A DNA stretch of 43,489 nucleotides, taken from assembly GCF_001194135.2 (NCBI RefSeq), contig NC_068985.1, positions 91,301,762-91,345,250 on the forward strand, read 5' to 3'. Shown piece by piece: positions 13,975 through 24,859 of this stretch (positions within the stretch are counted from its first letter, which is position 1; each line of letters opens with the position of its first letter). The stretch is from Octopus bimaculoides (taxonomy: Eukaryota). The position numbers were made by a program, and so were the translations under genes. The notes beneath the pieces were generated by a model. The model saw only the letters and a program-made list of their open reading frames with translations, did not search any database and was not told where the DNA came from.

Positions 13975-14040
13975 GTGGGAGTATTTACGAAAAAAACAAC
14001 AGACGAAGACAGGTGGTGTAAACAACAAATGAATTGTATT
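13975..14040 (+). repeat. Short interspersed repeat fragment, copy 2
   Basis: GGGAGTATTTACGAAAAAAACAACAGACGAAGACAGGTGGTGTAAACAACAAATG resembles 11568-11625. Confidence 0.7.
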
Positions 14041-14790
14041 ATATATAAGGTTGAGGAGGGTATTGGATTTAACCAAACCCAGGAGGATACAGGTAATACC
14101 GAGTAAGCGCTGTATACTGACTAGTTTGCCCCAGTCGTTGTATGAACAGGATTGGGTATTATAAGTCGTGCATTAGCGTGTGTATATGTAAATATATAAA
14201 AACAAAAAGATAAAGAGAGCAAAGGTAAGGTTGGAGAAGTATTTTATGGATAGAGTCTTACAGCTGTTTCTGGGAAGATCCAGTACTTCCCTTCATCGGA
14301 GACAGAAAAAATAAAGTAATCTATTATTATATCCATAGGCGGATATTTTTAGTATGAAGTGGTAAAGAGTGTCATGTGCTGAAAAAAGAGAGAACAGTAC
14401 TTGAAGTGTAGTTTCATTCCAGTGGTAAATATCTGTGTAGAAATCTGTGCAGAGTAATCCCTGTGTGGATAATCCGGAAATTTATGTTGGAGCAAAAGTT
14501 GATATAGCATAGATAGCAGAGGTACATATATTCCATATTGCGATGGATTTTTGCTTGTTTACTTAAAGAATGGCCAAGTCAAGTGAAAAGTGAGCGGTAA
14601 TTAGGTCAAGTCATGAAGACAGAATGTGAAAGGGGATAGAGGAGAGATAGAGGCGGAGGATGGTAGCGATACATTTATGGTCAGTTGGTCTTAACATGGT
14701 AGAGGGGATGAGCATATAGAGTGAAGGAGGAATAGGGGGATGAGGTTAAAAGGTCTAATGAGTAGGAAGGAATGCGTGTGTACTCACTAG
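14041..14790 (-). mobile_element. Probable Penelope-like element 3' remnant (pLTR-like region with hammerhead motif)
   Basis: Contains the hammerhead motif at 14255-14303. Only weak GIY-YIG-like peptide traces upstream on minus (HFSLDLAIL, CTSAIYAIS). Boundaries approximate. Confidence 0.4.
14255..14303 (-). ncRNA. Minimal type I hammerhead ribozyme motif (CCGAUGA core variant)
   Basis: Minus strand: GTCT-CCGATGA-A-GGGAAG(tactggat)CTTCCC-A-GAAA-C(AGCT)G-TA-AGAC. Stem I 4 bp, stem II 6 bp, short stem III with a palindromic AGCT loop, GUA cleavage triplet. Confidence 0.65.
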
Positions 14791-15088
14791 TTCTTTTAAC
14801 CGAAGTAAAAGTTTGTGCCATGAAGTATACAAATTTCATAAAAGAAACGTTAATTTTCTATATTGCATTAATATCTGTAGTGCAGTCTTCGGTTTATAAG
14901 TCCGTAGTTTGATGTCCATAGTGTTTTGTTTTTATTCTAATACATTCGTACTATATTTTATGGTATTGAGGTGAAGTTTGATATATAATGCGTTCTCTTT
15001 TATCTCATTTTAATATTTTCTGTCATCAGGATACCTTTTGTTTGTGTTCTGTTCTTAAACATACGTACATACACACATACAGACATAC

Positions 15089-15163
<75 letters not shown>

Positions 15164-15648
15164 GGAGAGAAAGAGAGATAGAGAGAGATGTATTGATCTG
15201 TTACCTAGCGTATTCTATTATGCTACTAAGTACGAAAATTAATGAACACATGTATTACACTCCTGTTTAGTTGACAATGCTGTGCAGTAACTGATGTTCC
15301 CGATATTCAACCTATACAACTCACAATTGAACATGGCTTCTTTTCCTTTTCAGTTACCTCCCTTGAACAATCTTTTGTAATTAATTTAGCCAGGCTACAA
15401 ATTATATTCCAGCATAGAAATATATCCGGAAATAAATGTATTTCATTTATAAATGGAGTTGTCGATACAATTCAATATTGGATAGTTAAAGTGGACACGA
15501 GTTATGATTATCAAATACAAGAGCTGAAATGAGAGAATCAGAGTACCTATAATTGTGACACTGTCGATTGTGTATTGCAAGAAAGAATAAACTCCTGCTT
15601 TCAAGCACTGTGATTCCAGTACATATATGTGAGTGTATATTTGCATAC

Positions 15649-15683
<35 letters not shown>

Positions 15684-15929
15684 NNNNNNNNNNNNNNNNN
15701 NNNNNNNNNNNNNNNNNNNNNNNNNNNNNNNNNNNNNNNNNNNNNNNNNNNNNNNNNNNNNNNNNNNNNNNNNNNNNNNNNNNNNNNNNNNNNNNNNNNN
15801 NNNNNNNNNNNNNNNNNNNNNNNNNNNNNNNNNNNATATATATATATATATAAGCAATGTTAATTCTCTAAATGAAGTATTAACAGTAACTGCACGATAA
15901 AGTGTAGTATATTGCCACTTAAGTGTGGC

Positions 15930-16330
15930 TGACCCCTAGGGGTGGATGTTACTGTTGCTTTTAGCCCCAGGAGGACATCTCCTCCAGCTGGCTTATCGAC
16001 ACACGACTGTGTCCTGTTTGCCAAGGGAGTTATCCCTCTCACCTCGACCAGCAGCACGAACGTATCCGGATTTCAGGGTTATTTCCCTTCGTCGGCGTTC
16101 GACAGCTGATGACCAGTATTTCTCAGATGACCATACCAACACATTCAAAACACATCCAAGGTTGGGCCATCTGCCGAAACACCTCCTATACAACCCGGGC
16201 TCACCCTATAACATAACATTTCTTTTCAGCAGCGGATTCTACTTTATTGAACATTACCCCAAAGCACATCAATTAAGCTATCGGACAATTTTCTTCAAGG
16301 CAAACCAGTTATGATACCTAAAGCTGGATA
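15930..16330. mobile_element. Unclassified GC-richer interspersed repeat fragment
   Basis: Abrupt GC rise after AT-rich DNA. The start (GGTGGATGTTACTGTTGCTTTTAGCCCCAGGAGGACATCTCC) resembles an octopus repeat from memory only. Confidence 0.3.
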
Positions 16331-17052
16331 CATCCCAGTCAACCACAAGTCCTAACTTATATGGTACCAAAAGTTTGACTCAGACGTAACTCAACAAACT
16401 CTATCAAATGGTTGTGCTATCAAGTAAGAGATGTTGGCCAAAAGTTGGCCGAAACATATCTAAGTGTATTTAAGTTTATGTATGTGTGAGTGTGTATGTT
16501 TCTATGTAGGTAGATACACCCACACCCCCACGAACATACCCCCCACACATAAATACACACACTCACAATCACACACACATATGTATATTAATGTGTGTGT
16601 ATATCTACATATATAATACAGGTAGATATAAATTTCTAAGCTGCAGTTATTTCAAAAATTGTTATCATAGAATCCAAATATTGAAGTGAATTCTGTATTC
16701 GCATCTATTCTGCTTTACACCTTATAGTTTTATCATCGCTAATCACCTTGAAGCACGTGAGCTCAGAATCTAATTCAGCATTTACAAGTAAGGAATTTAT
16801 TAATACTTCTCTTTCGTGTCACCCTTTACATTCTTACGCTGTAGAAACTGCATTTTATATTTTATCTTGAAGTATTTCTTCTATGCAAACATGAGCTTCC
16901 ATCGATATCAGATTCTGTGTTTTCATGTTACCTGTGTAAAATATAGTAAGAGGTTCGTTTGCGTCTCCTGTCCTGTATGTTAATTAATTTTCGAGAAATA
17001 ATTGTTCAATTATCTACATTATTTACATTTGACTGATATTTGTCCACATGTT

Positions 17053-17098
17053 AATACAACGTTTCGGCTGATATAACCTCCAGCCTTCATTAGGTGTC
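17053..17098 (-). ncRNA. Hammerhead-like motif, mutated core (CTAATGA)
   Basis: GACAC-CTAATGA-A-GGCTG(gaggttatat)CAGCC-GAAAC-GTT-GTATT. Stem II is perfect; G5 is mutated to A; there is no loop between the stem III strands. Confidence 0.45.
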
Positions 17099-17159
17099 TT
17101 GAGGAAATTTCGAAACTGTGTTCTCATTTCTAAAGTGTCTTTCGATGTTGCTGTTGTCA

Positions 17160-17160
<1 letters not shown>

Positions 17161-17250
<90 letters not shown>

Positions 17251-17314
17251 GTTGTCGCTGTTGTTGTTGTTATTATTATTATTATTATTATTATTGTTGT
17301 CGCTGTTGTTGTTG

Positions 17315-17361
<47 letters not shown>

Positions 17362-17377
17362 GTTGTCGCTGTTGTTG

Positions 17378-17409
<32 letters not shown>

Positions 17410-17410
17410 T
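17161..17410. repeat. (TTA)n microsatellite with three TTGTTGTCGCTGTTGTTG interruptions
   Basis: Direct reading. Confidence 0.95.
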
Positions 17411-17480
17411 AGGTTATTGCCTGGAATCGAACTCGGAATCTTGCGGTTAGTAGCCCGAGCTCTTTACCACTACGCCATAT
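17411..17480 (-). promoter_or_regulatory. tRNA-like Pol III internal promoter (element head)
   Basis: Minus strand: TGGCGTAGTGG (A box), GGGCTACTAACCG (anticodon-like arm), AGTTCGATTCC (B box). No acceptor stem, so not called a tRNA gene. Confidence 0.75.
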
Positions 17481-18783
17481 GCATGCGATGAAGACTGACG
17501 GGTATATCAGCCGAAACGTTTTGTCAACAGCAAACAAGATTAGGAAAAATGTCTGCTAAATGTAAATAATGTAAATTATGTACATAATTCTACATCTCTT
17601 AAATATAGAACTGTATAATATATTATACTGTTCAATATATTCAACAAGGATGACATGCTTAGGAAATACACATATATGTGTCTGTGTATCTGCGAGTCAA
17701 TGTATGTGTATGGAAGTGTGTGTATGTACATGAGTATACACAAAACGCACTTAGCAGCGTTGTACTCGAATATCTTTATAATGCATGTCTTTGAAACGAT
17801 TTTCAAGTGTACTTAATAAAAAAGTTTCTTGTGCATACGTGATCCACGAGATAAGTTATCATATTGAGTATAGATGAAAATATTAGAATATGCGTTCTAA
17901 TTCACTTCCAAATATTTTGTAATATTATTAAATATGCAACGTTCACTTATAATTGAAAATCTTATTCAAATTGCTTTCTCGGGAAAATGTATGTATTTGT
18001 GATAATGTATATTGTGGTATCTATAGGCACGATGATATACACCATTTAACTGAATTGAAAATAACATATTTCATAACAGTGTTTATAATATCACCTCCGA
18101 AATATCCAAGTCATATATTAATTTTATAAATAAACTGGAAATTTGAAATGGGCGAAATAAAGGCAATGTTACATATTTGCGATTACATTTGATAAGGATT
18201 GACAGAAGTGTTAGAAATCACACAGTAAGTGTCGAATTAAACATTTCCTCACGCGCACACACATACACGTGTGTGTGTGAATGTGTATGTGTGTGTTTGC
18301 GCGCGTGTACGTATTTATATATATATATATACACATACATGTGACTGTGTGTATCATAAGATTCATGAAGAATCATATTTCTAGACATTTATATGTATGC
18401 GTGCGTGTGTACGCTTGTGCTTGTGTTTCTGTGTCTATTTATAAGTGTGTAATGTTTGTTCTTTTATAAATTGTTAAATGCTTACGTATATATCAACATA
18501 TGATTATATTACTGGAGGTCTGCTGTATGAATGATAATGATGACGGAAAAATAGTCAGTAAATATATGTTTCAATGTTTAATCTATTCAATTTGAAAGAC
18601 TAGACTCACTATGCAAAAATTAGCACGCTGATTTCAAATGCAAAATTCAAAGAGCGAAAATGCGGGTAGCCTCTCTGTAAACAGAAGGAAACGAATTCTA
18701 AATTGCATAGATGTTAACGATACAAATACTTACATACACACACGCATATATATAGCTAGTGCATGTATGCAGACATTTACAAT

Positions 18784-18815
<32 letters not shown>

Positions 18816-18856
18816 CGTATATATGTGTGTGTGTATATATGTATATATGTGTATAA

Positions 18857-18888
<32 letters not shown>

Positions 18889-19940
18889 NNNNNNNNNNTA
18901 TAGATAGATAGATAGATATATATATGCACGTGCATATACCTACATATTAATCGCATGTATATATGAACATATTTTCAGTTACAAGTGAAGAAAAAAGTGT
19001 TATTATTTAAAATTAGTTTAATAAATTAACTTTACAAATAGGTAACGCATTCATGATTATAAGCAATACAGAAACAGCGAGAGATTCCTAAAAGTCTCTA
19101 TAAAACTAGTGTTTGTTCACTTCTTATCCTGGTTATAGATATCGACTGTAGAAAATGTTTTCAATTAACTTTCTAATATAGAAAACAGTAAATATGTGAA
19201 GCTGAAATTTTCAGCTAAAACAGCATAGAAGAGTGAAAATTTATATGAAACACTTTTTACAATGTTCATAAAAGTCATTTTCTATTTGTTCCCATGTTTC
19301 AACTTTGCACATTTCATAACATGTAATTATGTATAAAAAAGGATATTTGAGATAATTTTGGTATAAATCAGACAATGAAATACCATATGAAATGAATGTG
19401 AATTTGCGTATGGGAAATTAAGTTGACGTCGTCCAATGATTAAGATAATATATAGATTAGATGTGAGTAGGTTTGTGCATGCATGGTTTCCTTCGTACAT
19501 GCATACCTGCATGCATCCTTGTGCAATCACACATACATACAGGTGCACACCCATACACACATTTATATATCAAGAGAGATTCGTATATACGCACTCGTAT
19601 ATACTTTTGTGTGAATTTATGTATTTATATATTTGAGGCATATAGCAAACGAGCTATATACATACGTTTGTAAATATGTATATATTTATATTTCTATATA
19701 TATATATATAAATATATGTGTGTGCATGTATGTATGTGTGTATGTGCATGTTTTTGTACATGTGGGTGTGTGCTTCTATCACTGCCTGTGCATGAAAATA
19801 TACGTATGTTGCACGTATGTGTGTTGGAATAAAGGCTTGTATATATCTTTCTATCTACCTATCTCTATATCTATCGCTCTCTCTCTCTCTCACTCTCTCT
19901 GTTCATATATATNNNNNNNNNNATATATATATATATATAT

Positions 19941-20012
19941 TTCAATAAGTATACATACATACACGTGTACAAAATTATATATATTTCAATAAGTATACAT
20001 ACATACACGTGT
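19941..20012. repeat. Two-copy tandem duplication, period 44 bp
   Basis: TTCAATAAGTATACATACATACACGTGT at 19941-19968 and 19985-20012. Confidence 0.9.
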
Positions 20013-20355
20013 TTTATACACGTTTGTCTGAGTGTGCGTACATGCATACATATACGCACTGATACATTTATAAACGCCCACATGTAATTGCATGCCTAGT
20101 GAGTGTCATGTAAAGACCATATTTAATACAAAGAATTCTGTTTGTAACAACGTCTTTTCCAAAGTACATTAGAGTACATTCACGCACTGTATTCTAAATC
20201 TACGATTCATTTCCGCCTTTATATATCCGTATGAAGTGTTACTTCACAACGCGTGCATCATCCTTCCTCAAAGATAACCTGAGATTTGTGGCTATAATTA
20301 GCACTCAGTCGTAGCGATATTACCTTATTTCAAAGTTCACAAGTAAATATTTCAA

Positions 20356-20793
20356 CAGGCTGTGTGGTAAATAGCTTGCATATCAACCACGTGGTTCTGG
20401 GTGCAGTCCCACTGTGTGGCACCTTGGGTAAGTGTCTTCTACCATAGCCTCGGGCCGACCGATGATTTGTGAGTGGATTTGGTAGACAGAAACTGAAAGA
20501 AGCCCGTCGTATACATATATATGTGAGTGTGTGTGTGTGTGTGTGAGTGTGCGTGTGTGTGTGTGTGTGTTTGTATGTTTGTGTATGTGCCTCACCCCGA
20601 ACATCGCTTGACAACTGATGCTGGTGTGTTTACATTCTCTTAACATAGCGGTTTGGCAAATGTGACCGATAGAATAAGTACTAGCTTACAAAGAATAAGT
20701 CCTAGGTTCGATTTGCTCGACTAAATGTAGTGCTCCAGCATTGCTGTAGACAAACTGACTGAAACAAATATAAGAATAAAAGAATAGAAGAAT
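20356..20793 (+). mobile_element. SINE family A, full length (tRNA-like head, internal TA/TG microsatellite, conserved tail)
   Basis: Head GGCTGTGTGGTAA..GGTGCAGTCCCACTG..GAAAGAAGCCCGTCG, then (TG)n, then tail ATCGCTTGACAAC..GACTGAAACAAA and an A-rich end. Homologous segments at 21412, 23415, 26138, 33811 and 35409. Confidence 0.9.
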
Positions 20794-21411
20794 ATGGATC
20801 CATTTAAATCTTCCTTTTTTTTTTTAATACTCCAGTGGACCGTCGCAAAGACATTCCGCATTTAAAAGATTCTGTTATAGTTTTATTATTAAATATTATT
20901 AGGAATTGTATTTTAAAAAGTTGTTAAAATATTTCATGTTTTAAAATTATAAGCAATTAATTGCACATGAATGTTAACAAAAAATCTTATATGAATGCCC
21001 GTGCTCATTATGGACTTCAGTTGAGTAACACTCATCTTAAAAAAAAACAAAAAAAAATCACGACTCTACAAATAACAGTGGAATGGGTTCAATGTCTAAT
21101 TAAGTTATATTTAATCACATTTACTGCTAGTACGGTTATTCCTACTACTCTACTCACTTGTTCTGCTGCTGCTACTGCTAGCATCTCATTGCTTGCACTA
21201 GTGTGATTGTATTACAGCTAGTTCTTTTGATTTAAATCTTACAATATTACTACTTCAACAACAATCGAGGAGAGACTAATTGACAGACGCTCTCGTACAC
21301 TCAGTCCAATTAATTTTTAGTTCAGGCAAAATTAAGTAATTTAGTAAAACTTTATTTCATTATAATTAAAAAAATAACGTTATCCTCCGGAATTTATACA
21401 ATGTATATATA

Positions 21412-21835
21412 GACACAGGTTTAGTTGTATGGTAAGAAGCTTGCATCACAACAATATGCTTCTGGGTTCACTCTCAGTGCCTCGCACGTTGGCTATATAT
21501 CTTCTATTATAACGGTGGGCGACCAAAGCTTTGACAGTAGATCAGGTTGACGGAAACGGAAAGAAGCCCGCCGTATATACATATATATTATATGTGCTTT
21601 TGCGAGTGCGTGTTTGTGTGCGTGTTTGTGTGTGCGTACGTGCGTGTGTGCGTGTGTCTGTGTCTGTGCGCGTGTGTTTGACTGTGTGTGTGTGTGTGTG
21701 TATGTGTGGTTTGAGACGACGTGTCAAGGATTGTGCCCCAAACACCGTTTGACAACGGACAATGGTACATTAACGCCCCCGTTAATTAGCGTCTCTGCAA
21801 AACAAAGGAAAATTTCCAGGCTCAAAAAATGTACG
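21412..21835 (+). mobile_element. SINE family A, decayed copy
   Basis: Head ..GGTAAGAAGCTTGC..GACCAAAGC..GACGGAAACGGAAAGAAGCCCGCCG, then a TG-rich repeat, then a decayed tail (TTTGACAACGGAC..). Confidence 0.75.
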
Positions 21836-22201
21836 TAGCTCCTTTAAATGGACTAAAAATTCTTGAAAGTGGAGCATATGTATAGACGTATCTTAATGCT
21901 GAGTCATGTAAAAAGGATAAAGATACCAAATTACAGATACACACACAAATGCACACTCACACACACATACACACACACACACATACATTTTGTATGTATG
22001 TATGTATANNNNNNNNNNNNNNNNNNNNNNNNNNNNNNNNNNNNNNNNNNNNNNNNNNNNNNNNNNNNNNNNNNNNNNNNNNNNNNNNNNNNNNNNNNNN
22101 NNNNNNNNNNNNNNNNNNNNNNNNNNNNNNNNNNNNNNNNNNNNNNNNNNNNNNNNNNNNNNNNNNNNNNNNNNNNNNNNNNNNNNNNNNNNNNNNNNNN
22201 N

Positions 22202-22233
<32 letters not shown>

Positions 22234-23414
22234 ATGTTTATGTGTCTGTGTATGCGTGTGTATACAATGGCCGTCTTCAAAGTTTCTATCTAAGAAATGC
22301 ATTTGCAAGCATTTGGTTGACCGGTTCTATAACACAATCCACTTGCGCAAAGTATGGTGCGCTGGGGTTGAATCTGAAATCATGTCGTTTTTAAGCAATC
22401 TGAAGCATTAATCGAGAAGCATAAAAACAAATGGTATAAAAGCTTCAGAACCATAAAAAAGTCGTGCATCTGCAAGGCAAAAAAAGGTCGTTATGGATAT
22501 ATATTATTTCTATTTAAATAACTTTTAGCAGACTTTTCAAACTTTTACCGAATAAAAAGACTTTAGAAATCAAATTACCTTCATGAAATAAGCCTTATTT
22601 AATGATTAACATAAACATAGCATCACATTTACTCATATTTATACAAGTGATTCTGCAACCAGCAAAGGCTAAACAGCACATATACTATTTTTTTTTTCTG
22701 AATTAATCCAACTGTCGTTATGAAATTGAGAAATATTTATCATTAAAATATCAAAGAACACAATAGAACATTTTGAATAATGCATTGAAAACTTGCACAA
22801 CACGAAAGCAGCTATTGTTATACAAAGATTTTCATCAAAATCTTATCATACTATATTGAATTTTATAGATGCTTGGAAACACATGACTTTTTGGCATTGG
22901 TTATCGGTTACGTGTTCACTTTGGTGATATGCAATTGTGTCATCACTGGTGTTGAATTGAACGTTGGAAAAAGAAGACAGAATGCTGAGAGATTCGTTCG
23001 CACAGTGGGCACTGTTTTACGTTCTAATCTCAAATTACGACGACGTCAACTTTGCCTTTCATTATTTTGGGGTCGATATAATAAGTTCCATTTGAGCTCG
23101 GGATTTTTATTATAATACCCTGGGAATAATAAGATATGATAGGACACAATAATTTGCCCGTATTACTAGACATCTTTGAGCCAATTTTGGTAAAACATTA
23201 TTCCCAAATATTGGGTCATACCAAAAATATTACGGTTCTTTTATTTTTCGAAATTAAGAGAAGCTTATTTTAATCTAAAATATACTCTTATTCATTTTCT
23301 ACAATGCCCTTTCATATGTCCGGTAAACTTGCAAGGTTCCTCTTCCAAAATTCGCTTGTCCGTGACGAAAAACATTTCTCTAATGCTGTTCTGACACAGT
23401 TACATAGATATTTA

Positions 23415-23628
23415 TACACACACGCGCGCAGGCACGCACTCACACACACACGCACACACACACACACACATATATATATACGACGTACTTCTTTCAGTTT
23501 CCGTCCACCAAATCAATTCACAAATGTTTTTGTTGGCCAGAGGTTATCATAGCATACTCAAGGTTCTACGCAGAATGAGTGAACCTGGAACCAAGTGTTT
23601 GGGAAGCAAGCTTCTTACCACACAGCCA
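23415..23628 (-). mobile_element. SINE family A, head and microsatellite only
   Basis: CTTCTTTCAGTTTCCGTC..AAGCAAGCTTCTTACCACACAGCC is the reverse complement of the family A head. Confidence 0.8.
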
Positions 23629-24059
23629 TATGGATAATTTATTTTTGACGTAAAAGAGATAACTATGTCTACTCACATAGTTACACATAGATACACTCAT
23701 GCATATGAACGATCAGACGAAAAATTGACCATGAAGAATATTAGGGCTTAATCACCTATTTGTTAACCACCTGTTCATAGTTTTAGTGTTTTTAGGTAGG
23801 AACCGCTACCATTTTTTTGTGACATTTCGCAACGCTTTCACTCAAATCATAATTATGATGAAAACTTTATTATCCGCCAGTGAAAATCTCTATCATTTTA
23901 GGAATGGTACTATACCATACTGTGTTTTTAGGAATATGGATTTACTAGAAGGAGAGAATTATCAGTACCTCACTTCTTCCCCTTTTAGTCGCCTCTTACG
24001 CCACGCAGTGTATACGGCGACTGCTGATATTGGGGGTTGCGTTCTATGCATTGACCCGA

Positions 24060-24650
24060 GTATAGAAAGGGGCTCGCTTCTTTGAGCTGGGAAATGAATG
24101 GTATGCTAATAATAAATGGGGAATAGGCCTGCCTATATAGAAATATATGCAATGAGATAACGAAGCCAAGGCTGTGAGGAGTTTTCAGGACATATATAAG
24201 GAAAAAGATATAAATATAGTTCTACAGCTGTTTCTGAGATATTATGGATATCCCTTCATCAGAAAAGATGTGAGATGGTTAAACAGATGTAAATATTTGA
24301 GTTCGAAATAAGGAATTATTATGGAAAGATAGGTGGTAGGGAATATAGAGGGCAATAAGAGAATGAAAGTAGAAGTGAAATATAAAATATTGCAGTTGCA
24401 GTTCCATTATTCGAGGAAAGTGGTGTATAGAAGTGGTAAAAAGATTTCTTTCAATAAGTAGTTCGTGTTTAGTTATTTCAAATTATGGAACCGTGAATTC
24501 TGTCTTGCTCATTCGAAGGGTTTTGTGGTGTGAATGAAAATTTGAGAATGTATTGGTAGTATTTGTAGATAGATGTGGGTGGGGAGACGTGTATGACTAG
24601 AATGAGGAAATAGGTAATAACGAAAAGAAAAAAATACCCACAAGACCCAT
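24060..24650 (-). mobile_element. Probable Penelope-like element 3' remnant
   Basis: Contains the hammerhead motif at 24220-24265; only weak peptide traces upstream on minus. Boundaries approximate. Confidence 0.4.
24220..24265 (-). ncRNA. Minimal type I hammerhead ribozyme motif (canonical CUGAUGA)
   Basis: Minus strand: TTT-CTGATGA-A-GGGATAT(ccata)ATATCTC-A-GAAA-C(AGCT)G-TA-GAA. Stem II 7 bp with one G-U, palindromic AGCT loop III, GUA triplet, stem I only 3 bp. Confidence 0.7.
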
Positions 24651-24761
24651 ATTGAATTCTTCACTCGTATCATTATCGATCCATGAGTTTTAACTACGGT
24701 CTGTCCATAGGAACTTACTTGGCGTTACCTGTCACTCTTTGGATCTGCTGGATACCGATTC

Positions 24762-24766
<5 letters not shown>

Positions 24767-24848
<82 letters not shown>
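24767..24848. repeat. (TA)n microsatellite
   Basis: Direct reading; one of many TA/TG/CA tracts in the window. Confidence 0.98.

Positions 24849-24859
<11 letters not shown>

Larger units (their letters stand above)
17010..17614 (-). mobile_element. tRNA-head / (AAT)n / hammerhead-like element with inverted terminal arm, copy 1
   Basis: On minus: inverted arm (17487-17614), tRNA-like head (17411-17480), microsatellite (17161-17410), spacer, hammerhead-like motif (17053-17098) and 3' arm. Co-linear with 42676-43094. Confidence 0.8.

Noticed and set aside
17099-17491. Poly-Leu / poly-Tyr ORFs, and likewise the poly-Val/Ser ORFs at 38194-38500 and poly-Leu/Ile ORFs at 42673-43072
   Set aside because: These are translations of trinucleotide microsatellites.
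17003-17636. TGTTCAAT on both sides of element copy 1 as a possible TSD
   Set aside because: The right copy lies 14 bp beyond the element end, and an AT-rich 8-mer is weak evidence.
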